Shown here: in pieces, positions 15,111 to 26,395 of the stretch | Position numbering within the stretch: the first letter of the stretch is position 1 | How the letters are laid out: each line of letters begins with the position of its first letter | Source of the DNA: Eledone cirrhosa | Lineage: Eukaryota | DNA: 64,000 nucleotides | Reading direction: 5' to 3' | Assembly (NCBI GenBank): GCA_964016885.1 | Contig: OZ024741.1 | Location: forward strand, 260,524,001-260,588,000 | Notes under the pieces: model-generated | Told to the model about the DNA's origin: nothing | Database searches by the model: none | What the model saw: only the letters and a program-made list of their open reading frames with translations | Made by a program: the position numbers and the translations under genes

Positions 15111-17970
15111 CTTACGAGTGATTCGACTTACGGGTGTTTTGACTTACGGGTGTTTCGGCTTACGAGTGTTTCGAATTACGAGTGTTTTGACTTAAGGGTG
15201 TTTCGACTTACGAGTATTTTTGGCTTACGAGTGTTTCGACTTACGAGTGTTTCGACTTACGAGTGTTTCGGCTTACGATTGTTTCGACTTACGAGTGTTT
15301 CGGTTTACGAGTGTTTCGACTTACGGGTGTTTTGACATACGATTGTTTGGGCTTACGAATATTTCGACTTACGAGTGTTTCGACTTACGAGTGTTTTGAC
15401 TTATGGTGTTTCGGCTTACGAGTGTTTTGACTTACGAGTGTTTTGACTTACGGGTGTTTTGACATACGATTGTTTCGATACGAGTGTTCTGACTTACGAG
15501 TGTTCTGACTTACGAGTGGTCTGACTTACGGGTGTTCTGACTAACGAGTGTTCCGACTTACGAGTGTTTCGACTTACGAATGTTTTGGCTTACGAGTGTT
15601 TCGGCTTACGAGTGTTTCGGCTTATGAGTGTTTCGACTTACGAGTGTTTTGACTTATGGTGTTTCGGCTTACGAGTGTTTCTACATACGAGTGTTTTGAC
15701 TTACGGGTGTTTCGACTTACGGGTGTTTCGACGTAAGATTGCTCTGACTTACGAGTGTTCTGTCTTACGAGTCTTCTGACTTACGAGTGTTCTGACTTAC
15801 GGGTGTTCTGACTTACGTGTGTTCCGACTTACGAGTGTTTCGGTTATGTGTGTTTCGACTTACGAGTGTTTCGACTTACGAGTGTTTTGACTTACGGTGT
15901 TTCGGCTTACGATTTATTCGACATACGAGTGTTTCGACTTACGGGTGTTTCGACCTACGAATGTTTCGGCTTACGAGTGTTTCGACTTACTAATGTTTTT
16001 ACTTACGAGTGTTTCGGTGTACGAGTGTTTCGACTTAAGGATGTTTCGACTTACGAGTGTTTCGACTTACGTGTGTTTCGGCTTACGTGAGTTTCGACTT
16101 AAGAGTGTTCCGATTTACGAGTGTTCCGACTTACGAGTGTTTCGGCTTACGAGTGTTTCGACTTATGGGTGTTTCGACTTACGAGTGTTTTTACTTATGG
16201 TGTTTCGGCTTACGAGTGTTTCGACATACGAGTGTTCAGACTTACGAGTGTTCCGACTTACGAGCGTTCCGACTTACGAGTGTTTCGACTTACGAGTGTT
16301 AAGACTTACGGGTGTTTTGACATACGAGTGTTTCGATACGAGTGTTTCGACTTACGAGTGTTACGAGTGTTCTGACTTATGAGTGTTCTGACTTACGAGT
16401 GTTCTGACTTACGAGTGTTCTGACTTACGAGTGTTCTGACTTACGAGTGTTCTGACTTACGAGGGTTTCGGCTTACGAGTGTTCCGACTTACGAGTGTTT
16501 CGGCTTACGAGTGTTTCGACTTACGAGTGTTCTGACTTAGGAGTGTTCCGACTTACGAGCGTTCCGACTTACGAGTGTTTCGGCTTACAAGTGTTCCGAC
16601 TTACGAGTGTTTCGACTTACGAGTGTTTTGACTTACGGTGTTTCTGCTTACGAGTGTTTCGACTTACGAGTGTTAAGACTTACGGGTGTTTTGACATACG
16701 AGTGTTTCGATACGAGTGTTTCGACTTACGAGTGTTCTGACCTACAAGTGTTCTGACTTACGAGTGTTTCGACTTACGATTGTTTTTTTCCCTTACGGGT
16801 GTTTCGACTTACGCGTGTTTCGATTTACGAGTGTTTAGACTTACGAGTGTTTCGACTACGAATGTTCCGACTTACGAGTGTTTCGACTTACGAGTGTTTC
16901 GACTTACGGGTGTTCCGACTTACGAGTGTTTCGGCTTACGATTGTTTCGACTTACGAGTGTTTCGGTTTACGAGTGTTTCGACTTACGGGTGTTTTGGCT
17001 TACGATTGTTTGGGCTTACGAATGTTTCGACTTACGAGTGTTTTGACTTATGGTGTTTCGGCTTACGAGTGTTTTGACTTACGAGTGTTTTGACTTACGG
17101 GTGTTTTGACATACGAGTGTTTCGATACGAGTGTTCTGACTTACGAGTGGTCTGACTTATGGGTGTTCTGACTTACGAGTGTTCCGACTTACGAGTGTTT
17201 CAGCTTATGAGTGTTTCGACTTACGAGTGCTTCGGATTACGAGTGTTTCGACTTACGAGTGTTTCGGCTTACGAGTGTTTCGACTTACGAATGTTTTGGC
17301 TTACGAGTGTTTCGGCTTACGAGTGTTTCGGCTTATGAGTGTTTCGACTTACGAGTGTTTTGACTTATGGTGTTTCGGCTTACGAGTGTTTCGACATACG
17401 AGTGTTTTGACTTACGGGTGTTTCGACTTACGGGTGTTTCGACGTAAGAGTGTTTCGACTTACGAGCGCTTCGACTTACGAGTGTTTCGACTTACGAGTG
17501 TTTCGGCGTACGAGTGTTTTGACTTATGAGTGTTTCGACTTACGAGTGCTTTGACTTACGAATGTTTTGAATTACTTCGACTTACGAGTGATCTGACTTA
17601 CGAGTGTTCCTACTTACGAGTGTTTCGACTTACAAGTGTTTCGACTTGCGAGTGTTTCGTCTTACGAGTGTTTCGACTTACGAGTGTTCTGACTTACGAG
17701 TGTTCTGACTTACGAGTGTTCTGACTTACGAGTGTTCCGACTTACGAGTGTTTCGACTTACGAGTGTTTTGACTTACGAATGTTCTGACTTACGGGTGTT
17801 TCGTCTTACGAGTGTTTCGACTTACGAGTGTTTTAACTTACGGGTGTTTCGACTTACGCGTGTTTCGACTTACGAGTGTTTCGACTTACGAGTGTTTCGA
17901 CTTACGAATGTTCCGACTTACGAGTGTTTCTACTTACGAGTGTTTCGGCTTACGAGTGTTTCGACTTACG

Positions 17971-18048
17971 AAAATAACAAATAGACGCGGTTTCAAATAT
18001 CTATGCTTTTCAAATTCATTACATTAATCTTTATTTATACGTTTCGCT
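17971..18048. repeat. ~78-bp AT-rich spacer, copy 3 (allele B)
   Basis: Same spacer with CAAATATCTATGCTTTTCAAATT. Confidence 0.95.
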
Positions 18049-18173
18049 TTACGAGTGTTTCGGCGTACGAGTGTTTCGACTTACGAGTGTTTTAACTTAC
18101 GGTTGTTTCGACTTACGCGTTTTTAGACTACGAATGTTCCGACTTACGAGTGTTTCGACTTACTAGTGTTTCG

Positions 18174-19100
18174 ACTTACGAGTGCTTTGACTTACGAATG
18201 TTTTGACTTACTTCGACTTACGAGTGATCTGACTTACGAGTGTTCCTACTTACGAGTGTTTCGACTTACGAGTGTTTCGACTTGCGAGTGTTTCGACTTA
18301 CGAGTGTTTCGGCTTACGAGTGTTTCGGTGTTTCGGCTTACCTGTGTTTCGACTTACGAGTGTTTCGACTTACGAGTGTTTCGGCTTATGAGTGTTTCGA
18401 CTTACGAGTGCTTCGGCTTACGAGTGTTTCGACTTACGAGTATTTCGGCTTACGAGTGTTTCGACGTACGAATGTTTTGGCTTACGAGTGTTTCGGCTTA
18501 TAAGTTTTTCGACTTACGAGTGTTTCGACTTACGAGTGTTTCGGCTTACGAGTGTTTCGACTTACGAGTGTTTCGGCTTACGAGTGTTTCAGTGTTTCGG
18601 CTTACCTGTGTTTCGACTTACGAGTGTTTCGACTTACGAGTGTTTCGGCTTATGAGTGTTTCGACTTACGAGTGCTTCGGCTTACGAGTGCTTTGACTTA
18701 CGAATGTTTTGACTTACTTCGACTTACGAGTGATCTGACTTACGAGTGTTCCTACTTACGAGTGTTTCGACTTACGAGTGTTTCGACTTGCGAGTGTTTC
18801 GACTTACGAGTGTTTCGGCTTACGAGTGTTTCGGTGTTTCGGCTTACCTGTGTTTCGACTTACGAGTGTTTCGACTTACGAGTGTTTCGGCTTATGAGTG
18901 TTTCGACTTACGAGTGCTTCGGCTTACGAGTGTTTCGACTTACGAGTATTTCGGCTTACGAGTGTTTCGACGTACGAATGTTTTGGCTTACGAGTGTTTC
19001 GGCTTATAAGTTTTTCGACTTACGAGTGTTTCGACTTACGAGTGTTTCGGCTTACGAGTGTTTCGACTTACGAGTGTTTCGGCTTACGAGTGTTTCATTG
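18174..19100. repeat. 506-bp local tandem duplication
   Basis: ORF offsets 18240/18746 and 18392/18898; the landmarks GAGTGATCTGAC, TTACCTGTG and TTATAAGTTTTTCG each recur. Confidence 0.88.
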
Positions 19101-19194
19101 TTTCGGCTTACGTGTGTTTCGACTTACGAGTGTTTCGACTTACGACTGTTTCGGCTTACGAGTGTTTCGGCTTACGAGTGTTTCGGCTTATATA

Positions 19195-19270
19195 TAAACG
19201 TTTCTATTTCCATCGTTTTATCGTAAACGTTTATATATTTCCATCGTTATATCATAACGTTTATATTTCC
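19195..19270. repeat. Degenerate ~30-bp minisatellite, about 2.5 copies (also in the other two islands)
   Basis: TAAACGTTTCTATTTCCATCGTTTTATCG / TAAACGTTTATATATTTCCATCGTTATATCA / TAACGTTTATATTTCC. Confidence 0.8.
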
Positions 19271-19450
19271 GTCACTAATCTCTTTTTCTCCTTTTCCGTT
19301 TTAATATATATTTATTTCAAATATTTCACCGTATAGATAACATATATATTTATACATGCATAAAAGACACACCGAGAGACGGTGAAAATGTGGTGCCAAA
19401 AACATTTCTCATCCAAATCTCAACAATATCAGTATATACACTAGATTTGC

Positions 19451-19485
19451 TAGCAGAAAACCGCCCACCGGGTGGTTTTCTGCTA
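19451..19485. other. Strong hairpin (16-bp stem, 3-nt loop), candidate Helitron 3' terminal palindrome
   Basis: TAGCAGAAAACC-GCCC-ACC-GGGT-GGTTTTCTGCTA: perfect 12-bp outer arms plus 4 bp with one G-T pair. The hairpin is certain; the Helitron role is inferred. Confidence 0.8.
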
Positions 19486-19501
19486 TTCTATATATATAAA
19501 A

Positions 19502-19973
19502 CTGAGGATGTCTGTCTGTGTGTGAGTTTGAATCCCTAAAACTCGAGAACCACCCAACCGACTGTTTTCAAACTTTACACATGTAATAATTATGTTTCAG
19601 GGAGTGTTCTGAGCAAAGAATATTTCAAATTTTCAATGCCGTAGGGACCACATTAGGCGATTTAGCGATCTCTCTCTATAATTCTTAGTCTTTCTCTTTT
19701 TAGATAGAATTTTCAATGTCGTAGGGACCACATTAGGCGATTTAGCGATCTCTCTCTATAATTCTTAGTCTTTCTCTTTTTAGATAGATACATACATATG
19801 ACGTCGTGCCCTTATAATATCTGTCTGTATGTCTGGCTGTCTGCATTACGTCACTTCCCTGAGGATGTCTGTGTGTGTGTGTGTCTGTGAGTTTGAATCC
19901 TTAAAATGCGAGAAGTACCCAACCGATTTTTTTCAAACTTTACATGTGTATTACTTATGTTTCAGGGAGTGTT
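19502..19973 (+). repeat. Diverged ~110-bp direct repeat pair (19502-19608 and 19859-19973), also in the other two islands
   Basis: Both read CTGAGGATGTCTGT...GTGAGTTTGAATCC.TAAAA..CGAGAA..ACCCAACCGA...TTTTCAAACTTTACA...TTATGTTTCAGGGAGTGTT. Confidence 0.9.
19628..19787. repeat. 2 x 80-bp tandem repeat in island 1
   Basis: AATTTTCAATGYCGTAGGGACCACATTAGGCGATTTAGCGATC...TTTTTAGATAG twice, with one C/T difference. Confidence 0.95.
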
Positions 19974-22900
19974 TGTTATGCACATAAAATTCAACCTTTT
20001 GATCTGGTGTTTTGACTTACGAGTGTTTCGATACGAGTGTTTCGACTTACGAGTGTTCTGACTTACGAGTGTTTTGACTTACGAGTGTTCTGATTTACGG
20101 AAGTTTCGACATACGAGTGTTTCGATTACGAGTGTTTCGACTTATGAGTGTTTCGACTTACGAGTGTTTCGGCTTATGAGTGTTTCGACTTACGAGTGCT
20201 TCGGCTTACGAGTGTTTCGACTTACGAGTATTTCGGCTTACGAGTGTTTCGACGTACGAATGTTTTGGCTTACGAGTGTTTCGGCTTATGAGTGTTTCGG
20301 CTTACGAGTGTTTCGACTTACGAGTGTTTCGGCTTACGAGTGTTTCAGTGTTTCGGCATACGTGTGTTTCGACTTACGAGTGTTTCGACTTACGACTGTT
20401 TCGGCTTACGAGTGTATCGGCTTACGAGTGTTTCGGCTTACGAGTGTTTTGACTTACGAGTGTTTTGACTTACGATTGTTTGGCTTACGAGTGTTCTGAC
20501 TTACGGGTGTTCTGACTTACAAGTGTTCCGACTTACGAGTGTTTCGGCTTATGAGGGTTTTGACTTACGAGTGCTTCGGCTTACGAGTGTTTCGACTTAC
20601 GAGTGTTTCGACTTACGAGTGTTTTGACTTACGAAATTTCGGCTTACGAGTGTTTCGACTTACGAGTGTTTTGACGTACGGGTGTTTCGACTTACGGGTC
20701 TTTCGACTTGCGAGTGTTTCGGCTTACGAGTGTTTCGGCTTACGAGTGTTTCGACTTGCGAGTGTTTCGGCTTATGAGGGTTTCGACTTACGAGTGCTTC
20801 GGCTTACGAGTGTTCTGACTTACGGGTGTTCTGACTTACGAGTGTTCCGACTTACGAGTGTTTCGGCTTATGAGGGTTTCGACTTACGAGTGCTTCGGCT
20901 TACGAGTGTTTCGACTTACGAGTGTTATGACTTACGGGTGTTTTGACATACGAGTGTTTCGACTTACGAGTGTTTTGACTTACGGGTGTTTTGACATACG
21001 AGTGTTTCGATACGAGTGTTCTGACTTACGAGTGTTCTGACTTACGAGTGTTTCGACATACGAGTGTTTTGACTTACGGGTGTTTCGACTTACGAGTGTT
21101 TTGACTTACGAATGTTTTGACTTACGGGTGTTTCGGCTTACGAGTGTTTCGACTTACGAGTGTTTCGGCTTACGAGTGTTTCGACTTACTAATGTTTTTA
21201 CTTACGAGTGTTTCGGCGTACGAGAGTTTTGACTTACGAGTGTTTCGACTTAGGAGTGTTTCGACTTACGAGTATTTTGACTTACGAATGTTTTGACTTA
21301 CGGGTGTTTCGGCTTACGAGTGTTTCGACTTACGAGTCTTTCGGCTTACGAGTGTTTTGACTTACGAGTGTTTTGACTTAAGGGTGTTTCGACTTACGAG
21401 TATTTTTGGCTTACGAGTGTTTCGACTTACGAGTGTTTTGACTTACGAGTGTTCTGATTTACGGATGTTTCGACATACGAGTGTTTCGACTTACGAGTGT
21501 TTAGACTTATGAGTGTTTCGACTTACGATTGTTTCGACTTACGAGTGTTTCGGCTTATGATTGTTTCGACTTACGAGTGTTTTGACTTACGGTGTTTCAG
21601 CTTACGAGTGTTTCGACTTACGAGTGTTTTGACTTACGGGTGTTTTGACATACGAGTGTTTCGATACGAGTGTTCTGACTTAAGAGTGTTCTGACTTACG
21701 AGTGTTTTGACTTACGAGTGTTCTGACTTACGAGTGTTCCGACTTACGAGTGTTCCGACTTACGAGTGTTTCGGCTTACGAGTGTTTCCGGCTTACGAGT
21801 GTTTCGACTTACGAGTGTTTTGACTTACGGTGTTACGGCTTACGAGTGATTCGACTTACGAGTGTTTTGACTTACGGGTGTTTTGACTTACGGGTGTTGT
21901 GAATTAAGAGTGTTCCGATTTACGAGTGTTTTGACTTACGGTGTTTCGGCTTACGATTGATTCGACTTACGAATGTTTTGACTTACGGGTGTTTCGGCTT
22001 GCGAGTGTTTCGACTTACGAGTGTTTCGGCTTATGAGTGTTTCGACTTACTAATGTTTTTACTTACGAGTGTTCTGACTTACGAGTGTTCCGAATTACGA
22101 GTGTTCCGACTTACGAGTGTTTCGGCTTACGAGTGTTTCCGGCTTACGAGTGTTTCGACTTACGAGTGTTTCGATTTACGAGTGTTTTGACTTACGGTGT
22201 TTCGACTTACGAGTGATTCGACTTACGAGTGTTTTGACTTACGGGTGTTTTGACTTACGGGTGTTGTGAATTACCAGTGTTCCCGTTTACGAGTGTTTTG
22301 ACTTACGGTGTTTCGGCTTACGAGTGATTCGACTTACGAATGTTTTGACTTACGGGTGTTTCGGCTTGCTAGTGTTTCGACTTACGAGTGTTTCGGCTTA
22401 TGAGTGTTTCGACTTACGAGTGTTTCGACTTACGAGTGTTTTGAATTACGGGTGTTTTGACATACGAGTGTTCTGATTTACGAGTGTTCTGACTTGCGGG
22501 TGTTCTGATTTACGAGTGCTCAGACTTACGAGTGTTTCGTCTTATGAGTGTTTCGACTTACGAGTGTTTCGGCTTACGAGTGTTTCGACTTACGAGTGTT
22601 TCGACTTACGAGTGTTTTGAATTACGGGTGTTTTGACATACGAGTGTTCTGATTTACGGATGTTTCGACATACGAGTGTTTCGACTTACGAGTATTTCGG
22701 CTTATGAGTGTTTCGACTTACGACTGTTTCGACTTACGAGTGTTTCGGCTTACGAGTGTTTCGACTTACGAGTGTTTTGACTTACGGGTGTTTTGACATA
22801 CGAGTGTTTCGATACGAGTGTTCTGACTTACGAGTGTTCTGACTTACGAGTGTTTTGACTCACGAGTGTTCCGACTTACGAGTGTTCCGACTTACGAGTG

Positions 22901-25900
22901 TTTCGGCTTACGAGTGTTTCCGGCTTACGATTGTTTCGACTTACGAGTGTTTTGACTTACGGTGTTTCGGCTTACGAGTGATTCGACTTACGAGTGTTTC
23001 GTCTTACGAATGTTTCGGCTTACGAGTGTTTCGGCTTACGAGTGTTCCGACTTAGGAGTGTTTCGGCTTACGAGTGTTTCCGGCTTACGAGTGTTTCGAC
23101 TTACGAGTGTTTCGACTTTCGAGTGTTTTGACTTACGGTGTTTCGGCTTACGAGTGATTCGACTTACGAGTGTTTTGACTTACGGGTGTTTTGACTTACG
23201 GGTGTTGTGAATTACCAGTGTTCCGATTTACGAGTGTTTTGACTTACGGTGTTTCGGCTTGCGAGTGTTTCGACTTACGAGTGTTTCGACTTACGAGTGT
23301 TCTGACTTCCGAGTGTTCTGACTTACGAGTGTTCTGACTTACGAGTGTTCCGACTTACGAGTGTTTCGGTTTACGAGTGTTTCGACATACGAGTGATTTG
23401 ACTTACGGGTGTTTCGACTTACGGGTGTTTCGACTTACGAGTGTTTCGGCTTACGAGAGTTTCGACTTACTAATGTTTTTACTTACGAGTGTTTCGGTGT
23501 ACGAATGTTTTGACTTAAGGATGTTTCGACTTACGAGTGTTTCGACTTACGAGTGTTTCGGCTTACGTGAGTTTCGACTTAAGAGTGTTCTGATTTACGA
23601 GTGTTCTGACTTGCGGGTGTTCTGATTTACGAGTGTTCCGACTGACGAGTGTTTCGGCTTATGAGTGTTTCGACTTACGAGTGTTTCGGCTTACGAGTGT
23701 TTCGACTTATGGGTGTTTCGACTTACGAGTGTTTTTACTTACGGTGTTTCGGCTTACGAGTGTTTCGACATACGAGTGTTTTGACTTACGGGTGTTTCGG
23801 CTTACGAGTGTTTCGACTTACGAGTGTTTCGGCTTACGAGTGTTTCGACTTACTAATGTTTTTACTTACGAGTGTTTCGGCGTACGAGTTTTGACTTACG
23901 AGTGTTTCGACTTACGAGTGTTTTGACTTACGAATGTTTTGACTTACGGGTGTTTCGGCTTATGAGTGTTTCGACTTACGAGTCTTTCGGCTTACGAGTG
24001 TTTCGACTTACGAGTGTTTTGACTTAAGGGTGTTTCGACTTACGAGTATTTTTGGCTTACGAGTGTTTCGGCGTACGAGTGTTTCGACTTACGAGTGTTT
24101 CGACTTACGGGTGTTTTGACTTACAGGTGTTTCGGCTTACGAGTGTTTCGAATTACGAGTGTTTTGACTTAAGGGTGTTTCGACTTACGAGTATTTTTGG
24201 CTTACGAGTGTTTCGACTTACGAGTGTTTCGACTTACGAGTGTTTCGGCTTACGATTGTTTCGACTTACGAGTGTTTCGGTTTACGAGTGTTTCGACTTA
24301 CGGGTGTTTTGACATACGATTGTTTGGGCTTACGAAAGTTTCGACTTACGAGTGTTTCGACTTACGAGTGTTTTGACTTATGGTGTTTCGGCTTACGAGT
24401 GTTTTGACTTACGAGTGTTTTGACTTACGGGTGTTTTGACATACGATTGTTTCGATACGAGTGTTCTGACTTACGAGTGTTCTGACTTACGAGTGGTCTG
24501 ACTTACGGGTGTTCTGACTTACGAGTGTTCCGACTTACGAGTGTTTCGACTTACGAATGTTTTGGCTTACGAGTGTTTCGGCTTACGAGTGTTTCGGCTT
24601 ATGAGTGTTTCGACTTACGAGTGTTTTGACTTATGGTGTTTCGGCTTACGAGTGTTTCGACATACGAGTGTTTTGACTTACGGGTGTTTCGACTTACGGG
24701 TGTTTCGACGTAAGATTGCTCTGACTTACGAGTGTTCTGACTTACGAGTGTTCTGACTTACGAGTGTTCTGACTTACGGGTGTTCTGACTTACGTGTGTT
24801 CCGACTTACGAGTGTTTCGGTTATGGGTGTTTCGACTTACGAGTGTTTCGACTTACGAATGTTTTGGCTTACGAGTGTTTCGGCTTACGAATGTTTCGAC
24901 TTACGAATGTTTTGGCTTACGAGTGTTTCGGCTTACGGGTGTTTCGACTTACGAGTGTTTTGACTTACGAGTGTTTTGACTTACGGTGTTTCGGCTTACG
25001 ATTTATTCGACATACGAGTGTTTCGACTTACGGTTGTTTCGACTTACGGGTGTTTCGACTTACGAGTGTTTCGACTTATGAGTGTTTCGACTTACGAGTG
25101 TTCTGACTTACGAGTGTTCTGACTTACGAGTGTTCCGACTTACGAGTGTTTCGGTTTACGAGTGATTCGACATACGAGTGTTTTGACTTACGAGTGTTTT
25201 GACTTACGAATGTTTTGACTTACGGGTGTTTCGGCTTACGAGTGTTTCGACTTACTAATGTTCTTACTTACGAGTGTTTCGGCGTACGAGAGTTTTGACT
25301 TACGAGTGTTTCGACTTACGAGTGTTTCGACTTACGAGTGTTTTGACTTACGAATGTTTTGACTTATGGGTGTTTCGGCTTACGAGTGTTTCGACTTACG
25401 AGTCTTTCGGCTTACGAGTGTTTCGACTTACTAATGTTTTTACTTACGAGTGTTTCGGCGTACGAGTGTTTCGACTTACGAGTGTTTCGATTTACGGGTG
25501 TTTTGACTTACGGGTGTTTCGGCTTACGAGTGTTTTGACTTACGAGTGTTTTGACTTAAGGGTGTTTCGACTTACGAGTATTTCTGGCTTACGAGTGTTT
25601 CGACTTACGAGTGTTTTGACTTACGAGTGTTCTGATTTACGGATGTTTCGACATACGAGTGTTTCGACTTACGAGTGTTTCGACTTATGAGTGTTTCGAC
25701 TTACGAGTGTTTCGGCTTATGAGTGTTTCGACATACGAGTGCTTCGGCTTACGAGTGTTTCGACTTACGAGTATTTCGGCTTACGAGTGTTTCGACGTAC
25801 GAATGTTTTGGCTTACGAGTGTTTCGGCTTATGAGTGTTTCGGCTTACGAGTGTTTCGACTTACGAGTGTTTCGGCTTACGAGTGTTTCAGTGTTTCCGC

Positions 25901-26317
25901 TTACGTGTGTTTCGACTTACGAGTGTTTCGACTTACGACTGTTTCGGCTTACGAGTGTATCGGCTTACGAGTGTTTCGGCTTACGAGTGTTTTGACTTAC
26001 GAGTGTTTTGATTACGATTGTTTGGCTTACGAGTGTTCCGACTTACGAGTGTTTCGGCTTACGAGTGTTTCGGCTTACGAGTGTTTCGACTTACGAGTGT
26101 TTCGACTTACGGGTTTTTCGACTTACGAGTGGTTTGGCTTACGGTGTTTCGGCTTACGAGTGTTTCGAGTTACGAGTGTTTTGACTTACGCGTGTTTTGA
26201 CATACGAGTGTTTCGATACGAGTGTTCTGACTTACGAGTGTTCTGACTTACGAGTGTTCCGACTTTACGAGTGTTTCGGCTCACGAGTGTTTCGGCTTAC
26301 GAGTGTTTCGACTTACG

Positions 26318-26395
26318 AAAATAACAAATAGACGCGGTTTCAAATCTCTATGATTTTCAAATTCATTACATTAATCTTTATTTATACGTTTCGCT
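26318..26395. repeat. ~78-bp AT-rich spacer, copy 4 (allele A)
   Basis: Same as 1454-1531, with the same flanking variants (GACTTTACGAG, GGCTCACGAG). Confidence 0.95.

Larger units (their letters stand above)
19191..20005. repeat. 815-bp non-satellite island, copy 1
   Basis: Complex AT-rich sequence from TATATAAACG to CCTTTTGATCT; recurs at 45722 and 51241. Confidence 0.97.
19487..20005 (+). mobile_element. Probable 5' portion of a non-autonomous Helitron-like element
   Basis: Starts TCTATATATATAAAACTGAGG, then a GTCT/GT microsatellite, an AACCGA..TTTTCAAACTTT block and internal tandem repeats. This layout resembles invertebrate non-autonomous Helitrons (recognised from memory, no database search). 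No RepHel ORF. Confidence 0.55.

Noticed and set aside
19058-19336. ORFs reading from satellite into the island or spacer (…IYKRFYFHRF…, …TKITNRRGFK…)
   Set aside because: Chance read-through into AT-rich DNA with no recognisable domain.
19451-19490. Rho-independent terminator
   Set aside because: There is no upstream gene and no free U-tract after the stem, and the context looks eukaryotic.
19628-19787. 80-bp unit equals five 16-bp monomers
   Set aside because: No sequence similarity to the satellite, so the length is treated as coincidence.
19502-19973. LTR/TRIM element bounded by the 110-bp direct repeats
   Set aside because: No TG...CA ends, primer-binding site, polypurine tract or target-site duplication seen.
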